64,000 nucleotides of DNA, from positions 2,080,001 to 2,144,000 of the forward strand of contig OZ241329.1 of assembly GCA_965199825.1 (NCBI GenBank), given 5' to 3'. Positions 38,088 through 46,807 of this stretch are shown here, piece after piece. A program made the position numbers and the translations under genes. Within the stretch, counting starts at the first letter, position 1, and each line of letters starts with the position of its first letter. This DNA comes from Bdellovibrionales bacterium (GTDB lineage: Bacteria > Bdellovibrionota > Bdellovibrionia > Bdellovibrionales > UBA1609). Below the pieces are notes generated by a model. That model made no database searches, was not told the origin of the DNA, and saw only the letters and a list, made by a program, of their open reading frames with translations.

Positions 38088-38577
38088 CTGCCACACTCCG
38101 CATAAAACCTTGGGCTTCAAGAATATTGATTTCGATATACTGACAAACACCAACAAAATCTTTCCGTCCTTGAGTCACGCGAGTAAAAGGGCGGAGATCG
38201 AAAAACTTGCCCACAATATTTGTGGAGCGGTTTAGTTTTTTTATCCCCGTCACAATTGCCGACGTGAGAGCCCTGATGAAGGGTTTATAAGTGAAACGAT
38301 TAGAAAGCTTAATATGCAGATGAATGTGATTTCCAACGTTTGCCAAACCAATCACCTGGATTGAAAATCGCCGCGCAAATTTCTGAATGTAATGCTCAAT
38401 GACCGTCTTGTTTTTAGGTTTTAAAAAGGACAAGTCGTCGATCGCCTGTGATGAGCGTAAAATAAGATGAATTGTATTCTTCGTATCCAACGGCCTAGGG
38501 CCACGTCCTTTTCGCTTGCGGTAAAGCTCACCCCCATGAGCGTGACTTTGATTTTTAAAAAAGCTCTCCTGCTTCAT
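38044..38577 (-). CDS. HUH endonuclease/transposase (Y1_Tnp, IS200/RAYT-like), 177 aa
   Basis: IHLILRS, NVGNHIHL (HUH), FFDLRPFTRV, QYIEIN (catalytic Tyr). Start at 38577 supported by the promoter. Confidence 0.85.
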   Translation of the reverse strand: MKQESFFKNQSHAHGGELYRKRKGRGPRPLDTKNTIHLILRSSQAIDDLSFLKPKNKTVIEHYIQKFARRFSIQVIGLANVGNHIHLHIKLSNRFTYKPFIRALTSAIVTGIKKLNRSTNIVGKFFDLRPFTRVTQGRKDFVGVCQYIEINILEAQGFMRSVAEALIKSTFKFKRSG

Positions 38578-38583
38578 AAAAGT

Positions 38584-38612
38584 AAGATAAACAAAATTTA
38601 GATATAAGTCAA
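38584..38612 (-). promoter_or_regulatory. Sigma70 promoter giving a leaderless HUH transcript
   Basis: TTGACT-N17-TATCTT-N6-ATG, with an AT-rich upstream tract and no SD sequence. Confidence 0.7.
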
Positions 38613-39116
38613 AAAAAAGTTCATATATTTTAAGAATTTTATATAAATTAATTATGTTTAATTTGAGCGAAGGTGTTGAGTTCAAACGAACGGCTAATTA
38701 CACAGAATTTCATTTAGGCTGCAAGGTTTTTGGCACTGATAGGAACCCCAAATATTTGATCATATGTAAAATCTATGATCGCAACAATCTCGATTTGACC
38801 TTCCGATTCAAATCCAACGCCTACAAATAAAACATATTTAATTTATGGTGATCAAAGGTTTCAGCGCCTTGCAGCATAGAGCTTTGGATTGGGCCTGGAA
38901 TTCAAAGAGCCAACTTCCTCATTGCAAGACAGAAGAGGACCTTAATTTTTCCAGTAAAAAAGGACTCAAAACTATCACCCGCCACCGGCGCATCCAACCA
39001 GCCACCGCGAAACCCCCACACCAAACAACACCAACCCACTCCCAAATTCCAAACATAAAAATTGTATCGAAATTCATCGCTAGGTATACCGATCGTATAA
39101 GACGAGGGGTTAACGA

Positions 39117-40124
39117 ATGAAATGTTTGTGGGTATTGTTATTAGCGGCTAAGGCGTTTGCGGTTGAGCCCTTGGGACATTTAGAAATTCGTGATGTTTTA
39201 TTAAGACCTTCGTTTTCGATCAAGGAGCCCTCAAATGGGGAGTTCTCCATTGGGGAATCTTCGCTCGCTTTTGGATGGCGACGTGATGAGACCTTTTCAT
39301 CTTTTGTACTTTTAGGTGAGCGCACACTTTTAAATCAGCCAGCCATTTTTACTCCGCTCCAAAATCCGGATGACCTCACCTTTGTAGAGGCTTATGCCCA
39401 GATCGAAGGGCCCTATGGACGATTTCGGATCGGAAGAATTCCGATTGATTATGGTGGAGAAGGGGAGCTGCGAGAATCCGAGTTGATGTTTCCGCGCAGT
39501 TATTTATTTTCTCGTGGGGTGAGTGCCTTAAGAGATTTAGGAATGAGTTTTGCCATTCGTAATAACGGTTTTTTTACCCGCCTTGCGATTCATCAAGGAG
39601 AGGTTGCCAAAAATCTAGATGGTCGCATGTGGTACACGGCTGCTTGGGGCTGGTCAGATGAGGAGCAATTCGAAATCGGGGTGATGGGCACAACGGGCCG
39701 CACTTCGCCGCTCTCCACGTTGGGAAGTACTTCGACACTTGCCAATTTTGATCCCACCTTAAGTTCGAAGTGGACCATGTGGGGGCTATTTGCAAAATAT
39801 CATCCCAAGGATTTTAAAATATTGGGCGATGTGACCATCGGTCAAAATCAACAAAACGGAAGTCAAAATTTTACGGTGGGACATCTTGATCTCGCCTACG
39901 ACATCAGCAGTAATTTTTCGGTGCAAACCCGATTCGATGGTTACAACCCCCACTCGAGCACCAATGAGTTTGCCAAAACATTTTCGCTTGGCACGGCCTA
40001 TCGCTCGGATCATGACACCACCGTTATTTATCTGATTGCGAGCAAACGTTGGGAGCTTGAGCAAAGTACCGAATTTCGCCTGATCTTAAGACTCACCCCG
40101 CTGCCCTCCACAACTCTTTTTTGA
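39117..40124 (+). CDS. Secreted hypothetical protein, probable porin-like beta-barrel
   Basis: Signal peptide, FVEAYAQ..GRFRIGR, RDLG, amphipathic strands. GAGGGG RBS. Confidence 0.65.
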   Translation: MKCLWVLLLAAKAFAVEPLGHLEIRDVLLRPSFSIKEPSNGEFSIGESSLAFGWRRDETFSSFVLLGERTLLNQPAIFTPLQNPDDLTFVEAYAQIEGPYGRFRIGRIPIDYGGEGELRESELMFPRSYLFSRGVSALRDLGMSFAIRNNGFFTRLAIHQGEVAKNLDGRMWYTAAWGWSDEEQFEIGVMGTTGRTSPLSTLGSTSTLANFDPTLSSKWTMWGLFAKYHPKDFKILGDVTIGQNQQNGSQNFTVGHLDLAYDISSNFSVQTRFDGYNPHSSTNEFAKTFSLGTAYRSDHDTTVIYLIASKRWELEQSTEFRLILRLTPLPSTTLF

Positions 40125-40149
40125 CGCCCGTGATGCGATTGTTTATAAC
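40121..40149 (+). promoter_or_regulatory. Sigma70 promoter for hbd-crt-icmF
   Basis: TTGACG-N17-TATAAC. Confidence 0.7.
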
Positions 40150-40167
40150 CGTCTGGGGGTAAATCAA

Positions 40168-41013
40168 ATGTTTAAAAACGTTGGCGTCATCGGTGCAGGA
40201 CAAATGGGTTCGGGTATTGCTCAGGTGATCGCAGCTCATGATATTTCGGTATATCTGATGGATGTGCATCAAGCCTCACTCGATAAAGCCTTAAAAACTA
40301 TCGAAACCAGTTGTGATCGATTGATCAAAAAACAGACCTTAACTCTTGAACACAAAAATCAAATTCTAAAAAATATTAAAACGACCACAAGCTATAATTC
40401 TTTTGCCGATTGCGATCTGGTGATTGAGGCGGCTACCGAAAATGAATCACTTAAACTAAAAATATTTAAAGAAGTGGACGGGATTGCTAAAAACGCATTT
40501 CTTTGCACCAACACCTCGAGCCTTTCGATAACAAAGATTGCGGCTCACACCACTCGGCCTGACCAAGTGGCGGGACTTCATTTTATGAATCCGGTACCAA
40601 TCATGAAATTGGTTGAAGGGATCAAGGGCCTCCAGACCAATAATGAAATGTTTGAAAAGCTCAAAAAATTTTCCGAAAGTCTTGGCAAAACGTTTGTTGA
40701 AAGTAAAGACATGCCCGGATTTGTGGTCAACCGTATCTTGATGCCAATGATCAATGAGGCTTTTTTTGCATTGCAAGAGGGCTTAAGCGAAGCCCGCTCG
40801 ATTGATGAGGCAATGAAGCTTGGCACCAATCAGCCGATGGGCCCACTCGAGCTTGCCGATTTTATCGGCCTTGATACCTGCTTGTCGATTATGGATGTTC
40901 TTTATGATGGGCTTGGCGACGGAAAGTATCGCGCCTCGCCCTTGTTAAAAAAATATGTCGAAGCGGGTTGGTTTGGTCGAAAAACCAAACGCGGTGTTTA
41001 TCAGTATGAGTAG
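40168..41013 (+). CDS. hbd: 3-hydroxybutyryl-CoA dehydrogenase
   Basis: GAGQMGSGIA, IEAATE, TNTSSLSIT, HFMNPVP, PMGPLELADFIGLD. Confidence 0.92.
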   Translation: MFKNVGVIGAGQMGSGIAQVIAAHDISVYLMDVHQASLDKALKTIETSCDRLIKKQTLTLEHKNQILKNIKTTTSYNSFADCDLVIEAATENESLKLKIFKEVDGIAKNAFLCTNTSSLSITKIAAHTTRPDQVAGLHFMNPVPIMKLVEGIKGLQTNNEMFEKLKKFSESLGKTFVESKDMPGFVVNRILMPMINEAFFALQEGLSEARSIDEAMKLGTNQPMGPLELADFIGLDTCLSIMDVLYDGLGDGKYRASPLLKKYVEAGWFGRKTKRGVYQYE

Positions 41014-41779
41014 TTTTGAGTTTGTAAAAGAAGGCTCAATCGGAATTTTAACTTTTACTCGCGAAGCCCAACTCAATTCTTTGAATAAAAAAGTCCTCTC
41101 CGATCTTGAAACTTTGATTTTATCACTCGAGCAAGAGCCACATTTTAAAGTTTTAATCTTAATCGGAGCTGGAAAAGCCTTTGTGGCGGGCGCCGATATT
41201 AAAGAACTTCAAGATGTCAAAAGCGATGAGGCCTTGGAGCTCTCGCGCACTGGCCAAAGAATTTTTGGTTTGATCGAAGACGCACGCTTTGTCAGCATTG
41301 CGGCGGTGAATGGGTTTGCCCTTGGTGGCGGATTCGAACTCGCTTTGGCCTGCGATATTTGTTTGGGGAGTGAAAGCGCCAAGGTTGGCTTACCAGAAGT
41401 GAGCTTAGGCCTCATTCCGGGATATGGCGGAACCCAGCGCCTTGCACGCCAGATTGGGAAAAGCCGGGCACAGTATCTGATATTTTCGGGCGTGATGTTA
41501 AAGGCCCAAAAAGCATTTCAATACGGATTGTTTAGCGATATTTTTCCTGACCAGGAACTATTAGACGAAGCAAAAAAATTGGCCAAAATCATTGCGGGCA
41601 AAAGTTTTTCGGCTCTCCGATTAGCCAAAAAAGTAATTCAAAAAGGTTTAGATCATAATTTAAAAGAGGGATTATCTTTTGAGGCGGTGGCTTTTTCGGC
41701 AGCCTTCGAGAGTCCCGATCACACCGAGGGCCTAAAGGCCTTTATCGAAAAACGCACCCCGCATTTTCAAGGAGAATAA
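41006..41779 (+). CDS. crt: Enoyl-CoA hydratase (crotonase)
   Basis: AFVAGADI, ALGGGFE, GLPEVSLGLIPGYGGTQRL. Confidence 0.88.
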   Translation: MSSFEFVKEGSIGILTFTREAQLNSLNKKVLSDLETLILSLEQEPHFKVLILIGAGKAFVAGADIKELQDVKSDEALELSRTGQRIFGLIEDARFVSIAAVNGFALGGGFELALACDICLGSESAKVGLPEVSLGLIPGYGGTQRLARQIGKSRAQYLIFSGVMLKAQKAFQYGLFSDIFPDQELLDEAKKLAKIIAGKSFSALRLAKKVIQKGLDHNLKEGLSFEAVAFSAAFESPDHTEGLKAFIEKRTPHFQGE

Positions 41780-41781
41780 TT

Positions 41782-44700
41782 TTGGCCTATCAGCCCCAGA
41801 ATGCCATTCGTATTGTGACTGCAGCGGCACTGTTTGATGGGCATGATGCCGCGATCAATATTATCCGTCGGGTCCTCCAAGACCTTGGGGCTGAGGTGAT
41901 TCATTTAGGTCACAATCGTTCGGTTCAGGATGTGGTTGATGCGGCTCTTCAAGAGGGGGCCCAAGGTATCTGTGTGAGCTCTTATCAAGGGGGCCATATG
42001 GAATATTTTAAATATATGAGAGATTCCCTCAATCTTGCCGGTGCCGACTATGTGCAAATTTATGGCGGCGGTGGGGGCGTGATTGTCCATAAGGAAAAAG
42101 CCGAGCTTGAGGCTTACGGAATCGCCCAGATTTTTCATCCTGATGATGGGCGTCGATTGGGTTTAGAAGGAATGATCGAATCAATTTTAAGAGGATGCGA
42201 TTTTGATCTTTCAAAAAAAGTTTTAAAAAATCCATCCTCGATGACTCAGCTCGGATTTGATCTCACAAAAATCGAAAATGGGACTCTTGAGCCCAATCTT
42301 AACGTAAATAAAAAAACATTAGTTTTAGGCATCACCGGAACCGGCGGGGCTGGCAAATCCTCATTGATTGATGAGCTGGTGTCCCGATTTTTAAATACCT
42401 TTGCCGATTTTAAAGTGGGTGTGATTTGTGTAGACCCCACTAAGAAAAAAACGGGTGGGGCTTTACTCGGCGACCGTATTCGCATCAACAGTCTCTCGCG
42501 TCCGAATACCTTTATGAGATCGGTGGCCTCACGTCATTCGGGCAACGAGATTGCCAATGCCTTGCCAAAAATTTTGAGCCATATGAAGAGCCTTGATTTT
42601 GATTTGTTGATTGCCGAGAGCTCTGGCATTGGGCAAGCGAGCAGCGGGATTGTGGATGTGTCTGATTTTTCGCTCTATGTGATGACTTCCGAATTCGGGG
42701 CTCAAAGCCAACTCGAAAAAATCGATATGATTGATTACGCCGATTTTATTGCAATCAATAAAGCGGATCGACGAGGGGCCGAAGACGCCTTTCGTGATGT
42801 GGTCAAGCAGTACAAACGCTCGCGAAAAATATTTGATCTCCAATTTCAGGCTCCGGTTTTTTTAACCCAAGCCTCCAACTTTAATGACCACGGTTTAAAT
42901 CTCTTGTTTTATGCCTTGTGTGAAAAATTGGGCCTTCAGGTTGAAAATCAAATCGAGGGATCGCAAAAACGTCTTATCGTACCGAGTGGTCGCCAAAATT
43001 ATTTAGGCGAAATCGTAAAAACGGTGCGGGATTATAAATCAGAAACCCATCGACTTCAAAAACAGGCAAAGTATTTGGAAGCCTGTGACGAACTTAAAAT
43101 TGAAGCCGAGCTGTACAAAGATTTTCCATCTCAAATATTAAATGAACTCAAAAACTTCAAAGATCTTCAAAAAAAATATTCAAGCCAAAGTTTAAGTTAC
43201 CATGTTCGCGAGCAAAAAATTGAGCAGTCTCTAACAAAAAAAAGTCTGAGTGGAATCGAAATCCCTCGGGTTGTGGTTCCTCGGCTCACATCGTGGGTCG
43301 ATCGGCTTCAGTTTTTACGTCTTGAAAATGTGCCAGGTGTATTTCCATTTACCGCCGGAGTTTTTCCACTTAAAAAAACAGATGAAGATACAGGCCGACA
43401 GTTTGCGGGTGAGGGGCCACCGGAGCGCACCAACAAACGGTTTCATTATTTGTCTCAAGACCAAAAATTCAAACGCCTTTCGACCGCTTTTGATTCAGTG
43501 ACTTTGTACGGTCAAGATCCTGATGAACGCCCCGATATTTTTGGCAAAGTGGGCGAGAGTGGTGTGAGCATCTCGACACTTGAGGACATGAAAAAGCTTT
43601 ATCAAGGATTTGATCTGTGTGACCCGTTAACAAGTGTCAGCATGACCATCAATGGGCCAGCGCCAATGATTTTGGCTTTTTTTATGAATACCGCAATCGA
43701 TGCCGAAATCGAAAAGTCGCAAAAACAACTGGGACGACCTCTCAACCAAACAGAATTAGTTGAGATCCAATCGCGAGCTTTATCACAGGTGCGTGGAACG
43801 GTGCAGGCCGATATTTTAAAAGAGGATCAAGGCCAAAATACCTGCATCTTTTCAATCGACTTTGCCTTAAAAATGATGGGCGATATTCAAGAGTATTTTG
43901 TGAACAACAGTATTCGCAATTTTTATTCGGTCAGTATTTCGGGTTATCATATCGCAGAGGCGGGGGCGAATCCGATCACCCAGTTAGCGCTGACTCTGAG
44001 CAATGCCTTTACCTATATCGAATATTATCTTTCGCGCGGCTTAAAGATTGATGAGTTTGCACCCAATCTTTCATTTTTCTTTTCTAACGGACTTGATCCC
44101 GAATACATGGTGATTGGCCGTGTGGCCAGACGCATTTGGGCGATCACTTTGCGCGATAAGTATAAGGCGTCAGAGCGCTCACAAAAACTCAAATACCATA
44201 TTCAAACAAGTGGACGAAGCCTGCACGCCCAAGAAATTTCTTTTAATGATATCCGCACAACCCTTCAGGCTCTTGTTGCCATCAACGACAACTGCAATTC
44301 GCTTCACACCAATGCTTACGACGAGGCGATCACCACACCGACCGAGGAGTCGGTGCGCCGAGCTCAAGCGATTCAATTGATCATCAATAAAGAGTTCGGA
44401 ATGACGATCAATCAAAACCCTTTTCAAGGAAGTTATTTTATTGAGTGGCTCACCGATCAGGTTGAAGAAGCTGTGCTTAAGGAATTTGATGCGATCAGCG
44501 AGCGCGGCGGGGTTTTAGCCGCGATGGAAACCCAATATCAGCGAGCCAAGATCCAAGAAGAATCGTTATATTACGAAATGCTAAAGCACGACGGCTCTTT
44601 ACCCATTGTGGGGGTCAATACTTTTGTTGATCCCAAAACTCTCGATTTAAATTATCAGCCTCCACCGATCGAGATGGCGCGGGCGACTTTAAAAGAAAAA

Positions 44701-44901
44701 CAAGATCAGCTCAAAGCCACTCGGGAGTGGAAAGAGCAGCACCTTGAAAAGAGCCAGGAGGCCTTTGATCAACTCAAAAACTCGGCCCTGCATGGAGAAA
44801 ATATATTTGAGAGTCTGCTCAAGGCTTCAAGAGTTTTGACTCTGGGCCAGATGTCCGAAGCCCTTTACGAGGTCGGTGGGCAGTACCGAAGAAATTTATA
44901 A
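41782..44901 (+). CDS. icmF: Fused isobutyryl-CoA mutase/GTPase IcmF
   Basis: N-terminal B12 domain (DGHDAAIN), MeaB-like GTPase (GTGGAGKSS, LLGDRIR), mutase barrel (RQFAGEG with Phe, QADILKE, HIQTSGRSL). Confidence 0.93.
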   Translation: MAYQPQNAIRIVTAAALFDGHDAAINIIRRVLQDLGAEVIHLGHNRSVQDVVDAALQEGAQGICVSSYQGGHMEYFKYMRDSLNLAGADYVQIYGGGGGVIVHKEKAELEAYGIAQIFHPDDGRRLGLEGMIESILRGCDFDLSKKVLKNPSSMTQLGFDLTKIENGTLEPNLNVNKKTLVLGITGTGGAGKSSLIDELVSRFLNTFADFKVGVICVDPTKKKTGGALLGDRIRINSLSRPNTFMRSVASRHSGNEIANALPKILSHMKSLDFDLLIAESSGIGQASSGIVDVSDFSLYVMTSEFGAQSQLEKIDMIDYADFIAINKADRRGAEDAFRDVVKQYKRSRKIFDLQFQAPVFLTQASNFNDHGLNLLFYALCEKLGLQVENQIEGSQKRLIVPSGRQNYLGEIVKTVRDYKSETHRLQKQAKYLEACDELKIEAELYKDFPSQILNELKNFKDLQKKYSSQSLSYHVREQKIEQSLTKKSLSGIEIPRVVVPRLTSWVDRLQFLRLENVPGVFPFTAGVFPLKKTDEDTGRQFAGEGPPERTNKRFHYLSQDQKFKRLSTAFDSVTLYGQDPDERPDIFGKVGESGVSISTLEDMKKLYQGFDLCDPLTSVSMTINGPAPMILAFFMNTAIDAEIEKSQKQLGRPLNQTELVEIQSRALSQVRGTVQADILKEDQGQNTCIFSIDFALKMMGDIQEYFVNNSIRNFYSVSISGYHIAEAGANPITQLALTLSNAFTYIEYYLSRGLKIDEFAPNLSFFFSNGLDPEYMVIGRVARRIWAITLRDKYKASERSQKLKYHIQTSGRSLHAQEISFNDIRTTLQALVAINDNCNSLHTNAYDEAITTPTEESVRRAQAIQLIINKEFGMTINQNPFQGSYFIEWLTDQVEEAVLKEFDAISERGGVLAAMETQYQRAKIQEESLYYEMLKHDGSLPIVGVNTFVDPKTLDLNYQPPPIEMARATLKEKQDQLKATREWKEQHLEKSQEAFDQLKNSALHGENIFESLLKASRVLTLGQMSEALYEVGGQYRRNL

Positions 44902-44962
44902 TCAGATATCATCAAATTTACATAACAAAGATAATGCTACTCACATCGCGCCTCTTTGATTC

Positions 44963-46807
44963 ATGATGCGGTCTGTGGCATCGACAATTTTTAAATTTTT
45001 TGGCCAAATTCGTTCTATCCGTGTCCACCTGATCTCACAAATTGCTTTTTTGGCTCTGATTGTTTGTGTGATTTCGGTTTTTATTAGCCAACTTAATCAA
45101 ATTGAAATTGAAGCGGCGATGCTCGCCAAAAAAAATCCTCAAGCTTTGACCGTGTTAACAATGGCCCAAACCTCCTTGGTGTCTTGCGGAATTTTACTTA
45201 GTCTTTTTACATTTGGGGTGATCTTTTTTTCGCGCCGGCAAAGATTTTTTATTCGTTCGCTTGAACTCGACCGCGATGGATGGATGCTCGCTTTTGAAAG
45301 CATGGGCGATGCGGTGATTGTGGTCAATCACCTGCGGCGGGTGGAGCTGATCAACACGGCAGCACAAAAGCTCACCGGTTGGCCCCTCACACAAGCCAAG
45401 GGTCAACTTTTGGATACACTTTTTCATGTTATCTCTGAATCCAATCGTGCGCCTTACCAAGATCTTATTTCACATGTGTTAAAACAAAAAAAACCGATCT
45501 CGGTGATCGATAAACTTATTTTAGTGAGTCAAAGGGGCCAAGAATTTTTAATCGATTTAACACTTGCTCCGATGACTCTGCCTTCGGGTGCAATCGTTGG
45601 AGTGGTGCTCGCATTTAGTGATGCCGGCGAGCGCCGAAAAGAGCGCGCCCAACTGGTCGCAAGCGAGCAGCGGTATGAAAGTCTAACCAATCATGTGCCC
45701 GCACTCTTGTGGACATCCAATGCCAATCAAAAATTTGATTGGTTTAATGATGCTTGGTTTGAATTTACCGGGGCTTCGAAATCGATTGATCCCCATCAAG
45801 CTTGGGAGCTTGCGGTCAAGCATGCCGATCGCTTACATTATTTAAGTCTGACTCGTGCGGCCTATATCAATCAGATCGACTACGAGGTGGAGTATCAGAT
45901 TCGGCAGTGGGATGGGTCTTTGCGCTGGATGGTCGATCGCGGAACACCCCGGCGCGGACTTGACCATGGCTTTTTGGGATTCACCGGATCATCGGTCGAT
46001 ATCACAAACCGCAAAGAGTATGCGATCAAACTTGAAAATTTAGCATCCGAATTGACTGTGGCTTTAAAAGCGCGAGAAACTTTTTTAACCATCGCCTCAC
46101 ATGAATTAAAGACCCCTTTGACCGCTTTAAAACTTCAGTTGCAGATGACCGAGCGAGCACTCAAAGCAGGACCGGATCTCAAACAGCAAAATGTTTTTCA
46201 ATCCGTCAAACTCTGCCTCAATCACACCGACCGCTTAACGGGTCTGATCGAAGAGTTGCTCGACGTGGCCCATATTCAAGCCGGCGATTTGCATCTGTAT
46301 CCTGAGAGGGTCGATTTTGTAGCACTGGTTCAAATGCAGATCAAAAAACATCAGGATGCATTTAAAAATGCGGGCTGCACGGTGAGTGTTGATGCCCCTG
46401 AGAATTTATTTTTGAACTGTGATTCTTTTCGAATGAAGCAGGTTGTGATTAACCTCTTAAGCAATGCTTTAAAATACGCGGCCCATTCGCCCATACACAT
46501 CCGTATTTATAAAAAGGATCAGTATGCGTTATTTGAAGTTCAAGACGGCGGGGCGGGGATCAGTAAGGATAAACAAGAATTAATTTTTGGTCGTTTTGAA
46601 AAAGCGATCGAAGAGCGTGAAGTGGGAGGCCTTGGTCTTGGGCTTTATATTGTACGCCAAATTCTAGAAGCTCATGGAAGCCGAATCGAAGTCGAAAGCG
46701 ATATCGGCAAAGGAACCAAATTTACGGTGATGATTCCTCTTCATTTTCAATTTGAGTCTGATCACATTCCCGACAATTTATCAGAAGGTTTAGCAAACCA
46801 GATATAA
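44963..46807 (+). CDS. Membrane PAS-PAS sensor histidine kinase
   Basis: Two TM segments, two PAS domains, ASHELKTPL, NLLSNALKY, DGGAGI, GLGLGL. Confidence 0.93.
   Translation: MMRSVASTIFKFFGQIRSIRVHLISQIAFLALIVCVISVFISQLNQIEIEAAMLAKKNPQALTVLTMAQTSLVSCGILLSLFTFGVIFFSRRQRFFIRSLELDRDGWMLAFESMGDAVIVVNHLRRVELINTAAQKLTGWPLTQAKGQLLDTLFHVISESNRAPYQDLISHVLKQKKPISVIDKLILVSQRGQEFLIDLTLAPMTLPSGAIVGVVLAFSDAGERRKERAQLVASEQRYESLTNHVPALLWTSNANQKFDWFNDAWFEFTGASKSIDPHQAWELAVKHADRLHYLSLTRAAYINQIDYEVEYQIRQWDGSLRWMVDRGTPRRGLDHGFLGFTGSSVDITNRKEYAIKLENLASELTVALKARETFLTIASHELKTPLTALKLQLQMTERALKAGPDLKQQNVFQSVKLCLNHTDRLTGLIEELLDVAHIQAGDLHLYPERVDFVALVQMQIKKHQDAFKNAGCTVSVDAPENLFLNCDSFRMKQVVINLLSNALKYAAHSPIHIRIYKKDQYALFEVQDGGAGISKDKQELIFGRFEKAIEEREVGGLGLGLYIVRQILEAHGSRIEVESDIGKGTKFTVMIPLHFQFESDHIPDNLSEGLANQI

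Larger units (their letters stand above)
37740..39037 (-). mobile_element. Putative HUH/Y1 (IS200/RAYT-like) element with inverted low-complexity ends and a repeat array
   Basis: HUH ORF within ~300 bp and ~500 bp of non-coding DNA. GT-rich left end and CA-rich right end are imperfect inverted copies. Boundaries approximate. Confidence 0.55.

Noticed and set aside
38578..38685. 36-codon N-terminal extension of the HUH ORF
   Set aside because: It runs through AT-rich promoter DNA. The -35/-10 geometry points to the ATG at 38577.
39066..39095. Possible sigma28 promoter (TCGAA...ACCGAT) before the porin-like gene
   Set aside because: Both boxes deviate from TAAA-N15-GCCGATAA, too weak to call.
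38845..39120. 91-aa + strand ORF
   Set aside because: It translates the low-complexity CA-rich tract, has no RBS and shows no recognisable motif.
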